A stretch of 63,751 nucleotides of DNA, the filler included, from Lama guanicoe (Eukaryota), in the NCBI GenBank assembly GCA_013239625.1. It is 204 parts of 204 records of this genome, joined end to end, with 100 filler letters (N's around TTAATTAATTAA, not from the genome) between each part and the next. Parts side by side here need not be neighbours in the genome. Positions count along the whole stretch, not along the records: positions 49,141 to 49,353 come from PNXV01037414.1; positions 49,454 to 49,666 come from PNXV01037415.1; positions 49,767 to 49,979 come from PNXV01037416.1; positions 50,080 to 50,292 come from PNXV01037417.1; positions 50,393 to 50,605 come from PNXV01037418.1; positions 50,706 to 50,918 come from PNXV01037419.1; positions 51,019 to 51,231 come from PNXV01037420.1; positions 51,332 to 51,544 come from PNXV01037421.1; 196 more parts are not named here. The stretch is one strand, 5' to 3'. The position numbers and the translations under genes were made by a program. The stretch's first letter is position 1; each line of letters begins with the position of its first letter. Under the pieces are notes generated by a model. That model did not search any database, had not been told where the DNA came from, and saw nothing but the letters and a program-made list of their open reading frames with translations. This document shows, one piece after another, positions 49,282 to 59,599 of this stretch.

Positions 49282-49880
49282 GAGAGACACACATTAAGAT
49301 GATCAGCTGATTTTTATTTTGAGAATAATAATAGTTTTCTTTTTTACCTCATTNNNNNNNNNNNNNNNNNNNNNNNNNNNNNNNNNNNNNNNNNNNNTTA
49401 ATTAATTAANNNNNNNNNNNNNNNNNNNNNNNNNNNNNNNNNNNNNNNNNNNNCTCATAAGCATTCCTCAGGTGAGCCCCGAAGTTTCCAGCACAGCTCA
49501 CACGGGCTTGTACGTTAAACTTCTCTTTGTTCTGTAGACTAGCCAACACAATACGAAGTTCCTAAGGTTTGCCATAGATATCCCGCTAGACCTTATAGGA
49601 GATTATTCCTGAGATACTAGAAGATAAATTTTACTCAGTACTTCTAATAACCTCCCAGTTTACAAANNNNNNNNNNNNNNNNNNNNNNNNNNNNNNNNNN
49701 NNNNNNNNNNTTAATTAATTAANNNNNNNNNNNNNNNNNNNNNNNNNNNNNNNNNNNNNNNNNNNNTCTTGGCAAATTTTTAACAAAATGTTTCATTCAA
49801 TGCTTAAAGAGAGAAGAACACTTAAAAAAATTTTTTTTTTGAATCCTGATCAACCATGAGAGAAATCTGGCACATTACAT

Positions 49881-49979
49881 CTAAAAGAATTTAAGTTCCA
49901 TGAAGACAGGGACTTTGTTTTGTTTGCTGTTTTATTTCCAGCTCCATCAACATTGCCTGGCATATAGTAGGAACTTCCT
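49881..49979 (+). mobile_element. L2a 3' end
   Basis: gaatttaagttccatgaagacagggactttgttttgttt...tgcctggcatatagtagg. Confidence 0.8.
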
Positions 49980-50079
49980 NNNNNNNNNNNNNNNNNNNNN
50001 NNNNNNNNNNNNNNNNNNNNNNNTTAATTAATTAANNNNNNNNNNNNNNNNNNNNNNNNNNNNNNNNNNNNNNNNNNNN

Positions 50080-50255
50080 GGTTTTCCAGCTGCTTCCTCT
50101 GGCTACAAGGCCCTACCCGATACAAGTCCACCTTCTTGGCCTCCTCTTCTAACATCTCCCCCTTGCTCGCCCCGCTTCACCTGCAGTGACCTCCATACAC
50201 TTCTCCTAACACACCAAGCATGTTCGTGCCTCCAGCCTTCTGCTCTTGCTAAACC
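50080..50255 (+). mobile_element. L2 fragment
   Basis: ggctacaaggccctac...cccttgctc...ttctcctaacacaccaagcatgttcgtgcctccagcctt. Confidence 0.7.
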
Positions 50256-50705
50256 CTTAGCGGGTGGGGGCCAGGCCTTTCTTTCCCTCTGANNNNNNNN
50301 NNNNNNNNNNNNNNNNNNNNNNNNNNNNNNNNNNNNTTAATTAATTAANNNNNNNNNNNNNNNNNNNNNNNNNNNNNNNNNNNNNNNNNNNNTGCCAGGC
50401 AGTTACACTACATTGGGTGGTGATCACTAGGGACAGTTACTCTCTGTTCCGTGTGGGTTGACTCTGTGCTGACACAGGCGGCTAAAATCTTCAAGATGCT
50501 TTCTCTACTCTTCTATCTTTGACTCAGTTGAAGTGACTGGAACAGTCCAGGGCTGATTAGATATCTCCTTGTCTCTCTCCACATGGGCTCTCTCTACAAC
50601 TAGCTNNNNNNNNNNNNNNNNNNNNNNNNNNNNNNNNNNNNNNNNNNNNTTAATTAATTAANNNNNNNNNNNNNNNNNNNNNNNNNNNNNNNNNNNNNNN
50701 NNNNN

Positions 50706-50918
50706 CAATTGTTCCGGAATCCTGAGCGTGGGGAGCTTCCACAAATGGTCGGCACCGCGTGGGTTCTAACTTAATGCCTAAGCTCGACTCCCCTGGGTTT
50801 TTTGCTAATTTCTCTGTGCCACGGAATGCTAGGGGGGTTTGCAGTCAATCCCAGTGACAGAGGCTGAAACCTCAAAGTCAGGGAACGTATTTCTCAGAAT
50901 TCCCCCTAACAGGGAACA
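50706..50918. repeat. Satellite-like family 1, monomer B (about 211 bp)
   Basis: Circularly permuted homologue of 30362-30574. Confidence 0.75.
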
Positions 50919-51037
50919 NNNNNNNNNNNNNNNNNNNNNNNNNNNNNNNNNNNNNNNNNNNNTTAATTAATTAANNNNNNNNNNNNNNNNNNNNNNNNNN
51001 NNNNNNNNNNNNNNNNNNTTCAGCACCAGAAAGAAAT

Positions 51038-51231
51038 GAGCTGCATGTAAATCAATGAAGTTAGAACACTCCCTTATACCACACACAAAAAAAATAAACT
51101 CGAAATGGCTTAACGACTTAAATATAAGAAGTGACACCATAAAATTCCTAGAAGACAATGTAGGCAAAATATTCTCTAACACAAACTGTAGCAGTATTTT
51201 CTTAGGTCAGTCTCCCACGGCAACAGAAATA
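51038..51231 (+). mobile_element. Young L1 ORF2 fragment
   Basis: MKLEHSLIPHTKKINSKWLNDLNIRSDTIKFLEDNVGK matches L1 ORF2. Confidence 0.95.
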
Positions 51232-52583
51232 NNNNNNNNNNNNNNNNNNNNNNNNNNNNNNNNNNNNNNNNNNNNTTAATTAATTAANNNNNNNNNNNNN
51301 NNNNNNNNNNNNNNNNNNNNNNNNNNNNNNNAGGAAGGCCCTGGGGCTGCCCTCCCATGGGGCTGATGGTGGGGGACAGAAAACCCTGTGTTCTCTGAGC
51401 TTCCAGGTAAGCTGGCAGCTTTGCTCTTTGCTGCCCCCTAGTGAGTCCCAGCCCCCGCCTACAGGTGAATTCCATTAGAGGCCAGGGCAAAGGTCGTGTG
51501 TGTGTATAGTGGGGGTGATATATATGTGTGGTGTGATGTGTTGTNNNNNNNNNNNNNNNNNNNNNNNNNNNNNNNNNNNNNNNNNNNNTTAATTAATTAA
51601 NNNNNNNNNNNNNNNNNNNNNNNNNNNNNNNNNNNNNNNNNNNNTTCCTTAAAGTTATATATATAGTATCTACTGCTAGTTTCCCAAGGAGCCAAAGTAG
51701 TTAATGTACCTGCTTCTGTAAAGGAGCCGTCCATTCACTATAATCAAGCACTATTGTGCCAAGAAATTCAGGCTTATTTATAATCACATTTCTGCCGTCT
51801 AAGACCATATAACAAAAGCTTTTTTTTTTATTTCACTTAAGACAATTCAGAACTGAANNNNNNNNNNNNNNNNNNNNNNNNNNNNNNNNNNNNNNNNNNN
51901 NTTAATTAATTAANNNNNNNNNNNNNNNNNNNNNNNNNNNNNNNNNNNNNNNNNNNNACAGGGTTGATGGCTTCCAATATCGGCAGAGGGTATGACTGAG
52001 AACGCTCCCCTTCGCTGCTGGGGGAGTTGTATTCGGCACACACTCCATTTGGAGTCCAGCTGCAAAAGCTGTCCTGACACTGGATTGTGGGGCAAAGACA
52101 GAGCAGCTGTCTGAAGACCCGGTATCGTTCTGAATGAAGGCAGAACACGTCAGGCCATCACAACAAGTCANNNNNNNNNNNNNNNNNNNNNNNNNNNNNN
52201 NNNNNNNNNNNNNNTTAATTAATTAANNNNNNNNNNNNNNNNNNNNNNNNNNNNNNNNNNNNNNNNNNNNCCCCCATGAAGACCCCTCCTTCTGGGCTCC
52301 TCGGTCGCCCTAGTCCTGGGTATCGGGGGTGAACCATCATCTGATAAATAATTCAGACAAGGGCTTGTGAGAACACTTTTCCCCCATCAGGATCTGCTTG
52401 CCAGAGAAGATGGTTTCTTCATTCTTCTCCAGGCGGCACTATCAACACCAGCAAGATGCTCCCTATGACTTGGTCCTTCTCAGNNNNNNNNNNNNNNNNN
52501 NNNNNNNNNNNNNNNNNNNNNNNNNNNTTAATTAATTAANNNNNNNNNNNNNNNNNNNNNNNNNNNNNNNNNNNNNNNNNNNN

Positions 52584-52796
52584 GGTTTTGATTTGTATTT
52601 CCCTGATGATTAGTGATGTTGAACACTTTTCACGTGCCTGTTTGCCATCTGTATGACTTTTTTTGGAAAAATGTCTGTTCAGATTCTCACCCCATTTTTA
52701 ATTGAGTTGTTTGGTGTGTTTTTACTGAGTTGTATGAATGCTTCACATATTTTAGATATCAACCCTTTACCAGATATATCATTTGCAAATATCTTC
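52584..52796 (-). mobile_element. L1 ORF2 fragment
   Basis: ggttttgatttgtatttccctgatgattagtgatgttgaacac...cagatatatcatttgcaaatatcttc. Confidence 0.92.
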
Positions 52797-53209
52797 NNNN
52801 NNNNNNNNNNNNNNNNNNNNNNNNNNNNNNNNNNNNNNNNTTAATTAATTAANNNNNNNNNNNNNNNNNNNNNNNNNNNNNNNNNNNNNNNNNNNNGGGG
52901 CTAGACAGAAACATGACAAAGCACACAGAGTAAAATCTTACCTCTAGCATTAAAAAAGGCATCATGAAAATCTCCTTTCTTTTCCAATAGTTAGGCAGTG
53001 ACTTCATGAAGCTGATACTTCTGAGTAATCTAGCAAAAAGGAAATGACAAACCTTCACAGATCTTTTTCATGGAGTCAGAAGATTCTATTAAGAATGAAA
53101 AAAAAAAACNNNNNNNNNNNNNNNNNNNNNNNNNNNNNNNNNNNNNNNNNNNNTTAATTAATTAANNNNNNNNNNNNNNNNNNNNNNNNNNNNNNNNNNN
53201 NNNNNNNNN

Positions 53210-53402
53210 GGATTTCAAACAGGCACTATTAAATAGACTGAGAAACAGACTTATTGTTTCCCCGGCAAACGGTTCCATTTGTGCTCAATGAACGAACGTG
53301 TCTCCACATGCTCAGTGCTGAGAGATAATGTTTTGTGAAATCCGTCATTCACCAAGCATGTTAGAAACAAAAAGATTCTTTTCATTGGGAAATTACAATT
53401 CA
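53210..53402. repeat. Satellite-like family 2, copy A
   Basis: About 139/193 identity (one gap) to 58863-59056. Confidence 0.7.
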
Positions 53403-53835
53403 TATATATATATGGGGAGAATNNNNNNNNNNNNNNNNNNNNNNNNNNNNNNNNNNNNNNNNNNNNTTAATTAATTAANNNNNNNNNNNNNNNNNNNNNN
53501 NNNNNNNNNNNNNNNNNNNNNNACCTAGATCAAAATATGGGGCATTCCCGGGACCTCTGAAGTCTCCCGCACCTAATCAGACTTCCACGTTTAAAGTCAG
53601 TCAGAATCGGGGAAAGTACCTAAGAGTCTCTTAGTTCCTGGTTTTAGACAGACGAACCTGGTATTGGCTTTGTGACTCTGAAGCCGTATGGTTTTAGCCA
53701 CATTTTAGCAGATGGTTGGATGTTCAGAATACTCTNNNNNNNNNNNNNNNNNNNNNNNNNNNNNNNNNNNNNNNNNNNNTTAATTAATTAANNNNNNNNN
53801 NNNNNNNNNNNNNNNNNNNNNNNNNNNNNNNNNNN

Positions 53836-54048
53836 TTTCAATTGGAGTAGAGTCAGTTACAATGTGTCAACTTCTGGTGCACAGCACAATGCCCCAGGCA
53901 TGATATACATATATAGATTCATTTTCATATTATTTTTCATTGAAGGTTATTTCAAGGTATTGAATATAGTTCCCTGTGCTCTACAGAAGAAACTTGTTGT
54001 TTTTTTAATCTATTTTTATATATAGTGGCTAACATTTGCAAATTTCAA
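53836..54048 (-). mobile_element. Camelid-type L1 3' UTR end
   Basis: agtcagttacaatgtgtcaacttctggtgcacagcacaatg...tattgaatatagttccctgtgct. Confidence 0.88.
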
Positions 54049-54223
54049 NNNNNNNNNNNNNNNNNNNNNNNNNNNNNNNNNNNNNNNNNNNNTTAATTAA
54101 TTAANNNNNNNNNNNNNNNNNNNNNNNNNNNNNNNNNNNNNNNNNNNNTATATGGAATAAAAGTTGAGAGAAAATTCATTCTATGAATTTCACACACCGC
54201 AACTTAATATTTCCTCTTCTAGA

Positions 54224-54350
54224 GGGGTAGAGGGTGTAGCTCAGTGGTAGAGGGCATGCTTGGCTTACGCGAGGTCCTGGATTCAATCCCGAGTGCTTCT
54301 GTTAAGGGGAAGAAAATAAATAAATTTTAAAAGTCACTTATTTTTAAAAG
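54224..54350 (+). mobile_element. tRNA-derived SINE, camelid Vic-1-like, with target-site duplication
   Basis: A box TAGCTCAGTGG at 54237-54247, B box GGATTCAATCC at 54279-54289 and an A-rich tail. Direct repeat TATTTCCTCTT at 54208-54218 and 54351-54361. Confidence 0.88.
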
Positions 54351-54914
54351 TATTTCCTCTTNNNNNNNNNNNNNNNNNNNNNNNNNNNNNNNNNNNNNNN
54401 NNNNNTTAATTAATTAANNNNNNNNNNNNNNNNNNNNNNNNNNNNNNNNNNNNNNNNNNNNGCTGCTCTTCCCCCTGCATCTTCCCCGTGGACTGCTCTT
54501 TCTTCAGGTTCGAGTCCCTCCCATCATGCCACTTGCCCTGCTTCAGCCCTGCTCTTGGGATGCTGCAGACTCCTTCCTGGAGCTGAGAAGGAACGATCTG
54601 CCTGCAGCTGATTTCTCCACTTTATTTTCCCCCTTCCTTCTCTGCAGCTTTACATTGCGGTTGGACTTCTTTGTNNNNNNNNNNNNNNNNNNNNNNNNNN
54701 NNNNNNNNNNNNNNNNNNTTAATTAATTAANNNNNNNNNNNNNNNNNNNNNNNNNNNNNNNNNNNNNNNNNNNNTTTGTACCTTTACAATACTATTGATG
54801 AAGACTTGGCTTTTGGAATATCCGGTTTTATAAATTACAAGAGATCTCTTCAGTATATTAAGAAACAAACAAACAAACAAACTCCAGAGCCATCTTTTAA
54901 AGATATACCGAACA

Positions 54915-54987
54915 CTGTGTGTAGAGTAGTGGAAAGAGCACTAGCCCAGCAGTTAGGAGATATGGATCCTTCCCCTTACTCATCACT
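54915..54987 (+). mobile_element. MIR 5' end
   Basis: gtagtggaaagagcactagcccagcagttaggagatatggatcct. Confidence 0.65.
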
Positions 54988-55473
54988 NNNNNNNNNNNNN
55001 NNNNNNNNNNNNNNNNNNNNNNNNNNNNNNNTTAATTAATTAANNNNNNNNNNNNNNNNNNNNNNNNNNNNNNNNNNNNNNNNNNNNCTTTCAAATATCA
55101 CATTGCATGTACATAAATTACAAAAAGATAAGACATTTAAAAGTCTTGTTATATAATGTTTCTAAATACAGTTTCATTCTGTCATATGTAAATTTAAATT
55201 ATTTCGAGCCAGCATATAGATAACAAGTTATCCCATAGAATGTTCTACCTTCTCCACCCCCACATTAATGTGGCCATACAATCACTTTCTCAGTTGTACC
55301 NNNNNNNNNNNNNNNNNNNNNNNNNNNNNNNNNNNNNNNNNNNNTTAATTAATTAANNNNNNNNNNNNNNNNNNNNNNNNNNNNNNNNNNNNNNNNNNNN
55401 CTCCCCCAAATGCCCAGTCATCTCTGCCTTTTCCACTGATTCTCGCAGTATATGTATTTTAAAACATCAGTAA

Positions 55474-55613
55474 CAGTGGTCTTCCACGGGGAGGATGTTG
55501 CCCCCAGGGGACATTTGGCAAAGCCTGGAGACATTTTTGGTGGTCAGAGCAGGACGGCAGAGGAGGTGCAACTGGGAGCTAGTGAGTAGAGGCCAGGGAT
55601 GCTGTGAACCACT
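55474..55613 (+). mobile_element. MER20 hAT transposon
   Basis: cagtggt...gcccccaggggacatttggcaaagcctggagacatttttgg...tagtgagtagaggccagggatgctg. Confidence 0.9.
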
Positions 55614-56339
55614 NNNNNNNNNNNNNNNNNNNNNNNNNNNNNNNNNNNNNNNNNNNNTTAATTAATTAANNNNNNNNNNNNNNNNNNNNNNNNNNNNNNN
55701 NNNNNNNNNNNNNGGAGGGGATGGCTGCCATGGTCTTGCTTGTGGGCTGGTGGAAACCTCAACAGTGACCCCTCACAGGCCGTGGCCCACGATCACAGGT
55801 GGCAGGGCCAGGGACACTAGGCCACAGAGCCCATTTGCAGTGGTGCCTGCGAGCAACCGCTCCACGACTCAGATGCGCAGGCAGGTACCTCTGAATTCTG
55901 AATAAGCTCTCAGTCACCTGATCTCANNNNNNNNNNNNNNNNNNNNNNNNNNNNNNNNNNNNNNNNNNNNTTAATTAATTAANNNNNNNNNNNNNNNNNN
56001 NNNNNNNNNNNNNNNNNNNNNNNNNNTTGGTCCTGTGTTGAGAAGGATGAGCTAGGGCAGAGCCAAGCTCCCAGCCGAGGTGCAAAGACTGGCAAGAATG
56101 ATGACTTAGTTCAAAGTTGCTTTCATTTCAGATGATTCCCAAGCAGGCAGTCAAGCAGGGCCAGGGATACACACAGGACTAGGAAGCCAGTCAGTGGACG
56201 TAGCTCCCTGGTTTCTCCCTGGTCCCTCTTGAAGTCATGNNNNNNNNNNNNNNNNNNNNNNNNNNNNNNNNNNNNNNNNNNNNTTAATTAATTAANNNNN
56301 NNNNNNNNNNNNNNNNNNNNNNNNNNNNNNNNNNNNNNN

Positions 56340-56470
56340 CTTTCTGAAGTGATGAAAACGTTGTGGAATAATAATGGTTGCACCACTGGGAATATACTAA
56401 AAGCCACTGAATTGTACCATTTAAATGAGTGGAATTCACAATGTGTGAACAATAGCTCAATAAAGCTGTT
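56340..56470 (+). mobile_element. L1MB-type 3' end
   Basis: gtgatgaaaacgtt...atggttgcac...gaatatactaaaagccactgaattgtac...ctcaataaagctgtt. Confidence 0.88.
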
Positions 56471-57278
56471 CTACGAAAAAATATTTCTGTGTCACTATTT
56501 TTCCCCTCTATATTACTAGTCTGCCCCACAATTTAAGAAAAACAAAAAAACANNNNNNNNNNNNNNNNNNNNNNNNNNNNNNNNNNNNNNNNNNNNTTAA
56601 TTAATTAANNNNNNNNNNNNNNNNNNNNNNNNNNNNNNNNNNNNNNNNNNNNCTGCATGCAGTATAGACATGGAACAGTCAGGGAGGTAAATTTAATCAG
56701 ATTTTTCAAAATGAGTATGTGAAACCAGAAAGGGAATGTGACCTGAGGATATAGGCAAGAGATGATTATCATGACTGTCTATGGGATTAAACCTAGTAAG
56801 CAAGACAGAGAAATCGTCAAATGGATAAAGAAGACTTGAAAAAGAAATGTTGTGTAGGTTCCCTGNNNNNNNNNNNNNNNNNNNNNNNNNNNNNNNNNNN
56901 NNNNNNNNNTTAATTAATTAANNNNNNNNNNNNNNNNNNNNNNNNNNNNNNNNNNNNNNNNNNNNATCTGACCTCAGCTTCCTCACCTGGACGAGGGGAC
57001 TGGGCTAGATGGACATTTGCAGCCCAGAGAAATAATGCAAATGCAGCTTTTTTGGAACTGGTGGCATATCCAGGGCCGAACAAGAGGTGGGAGGTTTCCA
57101 CCTTTGATTCAGACAATAAGGGGTGCATCGTCTGTAGAATATGCAAAACTCCAATGAAACAGACAAAACCTCTGCCTGNNNNNNNNNNNNNNNNNNNNNN
57201 NNNNNNNNNNNNNNNNNNNNNNTTAATTAATTAANNNNNNNNNNNNNNNNNNNNNNNNNNNNNNNNNNNNNNNNNNNN

Positions 57279-57491
57279 TTCTTTGTATGTTTGGTAGAAC
57301 TCCCCAGTGAAGCCATCTGGTCCTGGATTTTTATTTGTAGGGAGGTATTTTTTTTTAATTGCTAATTTGATTTAATTTCTAGTGATCGATTTGTTCAAGT
57401 GTTCAGTTTCTTCTTGGTTCAGTCTTGGTGGACAGTATATTCCCAGAAACTTGTCCGTCTCCTCTAGGTTATCCATTTTGGTTCCATATAG
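57279..57491 (-). mobile_element. Young L1 ORF2 fragment
   Basis: tttggtagaactccccagtgaagccatctggtcctgga...ttcagtcttggtggac...agaaacttgtcc. Confidence 0.93.
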
Positions 57492-58843
57492 NNNNNNNNN
57501 NNNNNNNNNNNNNNNNNNNNNNNNNNNNNNNNNNNTTAATTAATTAANNNNNNNNNNNNNNNNNNNNNNNNNNNNNNNNNNNNNNNNNNNNACCTTTCCT
57601 GCTCTGTCTCCCACCAGCCAAGCCAGGCAGCATGTGGGGGCGGAGTCACGGGGCAGCGTGAGTGGGAAAACGTTTGAGGGAAAGAGGTGTGTGATCCCCA
57701 GGACAACTGGAAGAGCCAGGGAGTGACAGGCAGGAGACAGAGACGCTCAGGAACGAAGAAGGGATGACTCCCAGGCTCAGATGAGATCAAACTCTTAAAG
57801 CACANNNNNNNNNNNNNNNNNNNNNNNNNNNNNNNNNNNNNNNNNNNNTTAATTAATTAANNNNNNNNNNNNNNNNNNNNNNNNNNNNNNNNNNNNNNNN
57901 NNNNAAAAAAGATATTCATACCTTTATAATATCGATAACAATATAACAATGATTCTTCACAGAGATGTTTTTGGATACACCATGAAGTTATGATGAATGA
58001 CTAATAATTCTTATCAGATGAAGAGGAATTTTTTTGAACTCCTTAGTAACATGGGTAGCAATTAAGATAGAACTGCCTTCTGTCTATGGAAAGGATGCCT
58101 AACATTTATTTTGAAGANNNNNNNNNNNNNNNNNNNNNNNNNNNNNNNNNNNNNNNNNNNNTTAATTAATTAANNNNNNNNNNNNNNNNNNNNNNNNNNN
58201 NNNNNNNNNNNNNNNNNCATAGCAACTGTTACCTACAATTATGTCACTTACAGGTAGAGAAGCACATGGTCTACTGGTACGGATAATCCCGTATTTTTTT
58301 TATACTTAATTTGTAAGGGCAAAATGGAAATGAAACACAATGGCAGAGGGAGGGAGATCACACTCCTGGTTCTCTGAAAACGGTAGCATGGAGTCAAGGG
58401 CCTGGAACACACAGAGCCGTAAAGCTAATANNNNNNNNNNNNNNNNNNNNNNNNNNNNNNNNNNNNNNNNNNNNTTAATTAATTAANNNNNNNNNNNNNN
58501 NNNNNNNNNNNNNNNNNNNNNNNNNNNNNNCATAAAAATCCAACTGAATATGAGATTAAGTAAAGGAAAATTACTTACTACATCTTATAAACTCAAGCAG
58601 AAAAGCCTAATTGTATCTAAATGGATGATGAACATCTGAAAGCTTAGCACGAGAACTGCTGTTTGTAAAAAAGTTCTCAAACAAGAATATTCACTCATTT
58701 TATCTTTGTTTTCATTTTGAGGGAAACATTGTTCGGATAAAACNNNNNNNNNNNNNNNNNNNNNNNNNNNNNNNNNNNNNNNNNNNNTTAATTAATTAAN
58801 NNNNNNNNNNNNNNNNNNNNNNNNNNNNNNNNNNNNNNNNNNN

Positions 58844-59056
58844 TTTACAGTGAAAATGGCAGGAAGATCCAACCGGCCCTAGGAAACCCACTGAGAAACC
58901 AGACTAAGTGTTTCACCTGTAACCCGTTCACTTTTTGCAAGAGGAACGAACGTCTCTCCACGTGCTCAGTTCTGAGGTTTAAGCGAGTGTGAAAGCTGTC
59001 CTTCACTTAGCTTGTTGGGAACACAAAGTTTCTGTTCAGTTGCAAACTCCACTCCA
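58844..59056. repeat. Satellite-like family 2, copy B
   Basis: Shares actgagaaac..agact..tgtttc..gaacgaacgt.tctccac.tgctcagt.ctgag with 53210-53402. Confidence 0.7.
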
Positions 59057-59156
59057 NNNNNNNNNNNNNNNNNNNNNNNNNNNNNNNNNNNNNNNNNNNN
59101 TTAATTAATTAANNNNNNNNNNNNNNNNNNNNNNNNNNNNNNNNNNNNNNNNNNNN

Positions 59157-59369
59157 ATCCTTCATTTCTGTTACCTTGCTTTTTAATTTGTAGCATTTCT
59201 TTTTACTTCTTTCTCAGCACTTCCATCTCTCTGTATACATTGCCCATCTATTCTGACAAGCTGTCTACCATATCCATTAGCACCTTTAGCATATTAATCT
59301 TAGCTTTTAAAAATTCCTGGTCTGATGATGCCATATCCCTTCCATGTCTGGTTCTGATGCTTGCTCTGT
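59157..59369 (-). mobile_element. Old L1 ORF1 N-terminal region (antisense)
   Basis: ttccatctctctg..acattgcccatct...tccattagcacctttagcatattaatc...aaattcctggtctgat...tctggttctgatgcttgctctgt. Confidence 0.75.
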
Positions 59370-59531
59370 NNNNNNNNNNNNNNNNNNNNNNNNNNNNNNN
59401 NNNNNNNNNNNNNTTAATTAATTAANNNNNNNNNNNNNNNNNNNNNNNNNNNNNNNNNNNNNNNNNNNNTATACACCTTGAGAAGATCACATCGGGATTT
59501 GCAAACTGAAGATTTCCTACCAGTAACATAC

Positions 59532-59599
59532 CTTTCTGAACAAATGGTATTTATGGAAATGGAATCTGTCGATCAGTTTTTCTGAGCATACATTTACTT
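59532..59599 (-). CDS. Candidate 68-nt internal exon, gene unidentified
   Basis: cctttccttgaattttcatatag|...AAG|gtatgt; only one frame is open, reading xVNVCSEKLIDRFHFHKYHLFRK. Confidence 0.25.

Noticed and set aside
51958..52148. Three open minus-strand frames after an acceptor-like motif
   Set aside because: No recognisable homology and too short to interpret.
54224..54300. tRNA gene (also 42602-42685)
   Set aside because: A and B boxes are present, but the stems are degenerate and there is an A-rich tail and target-site duplication, so these are SINEs.
53210..59056. CENP-B box in the satellite-like copies
   Set aside because: TTCG and CGGG half-sites occur on the minus strand of 58844-59056 but at the wrong spacing for the 17-bp box.
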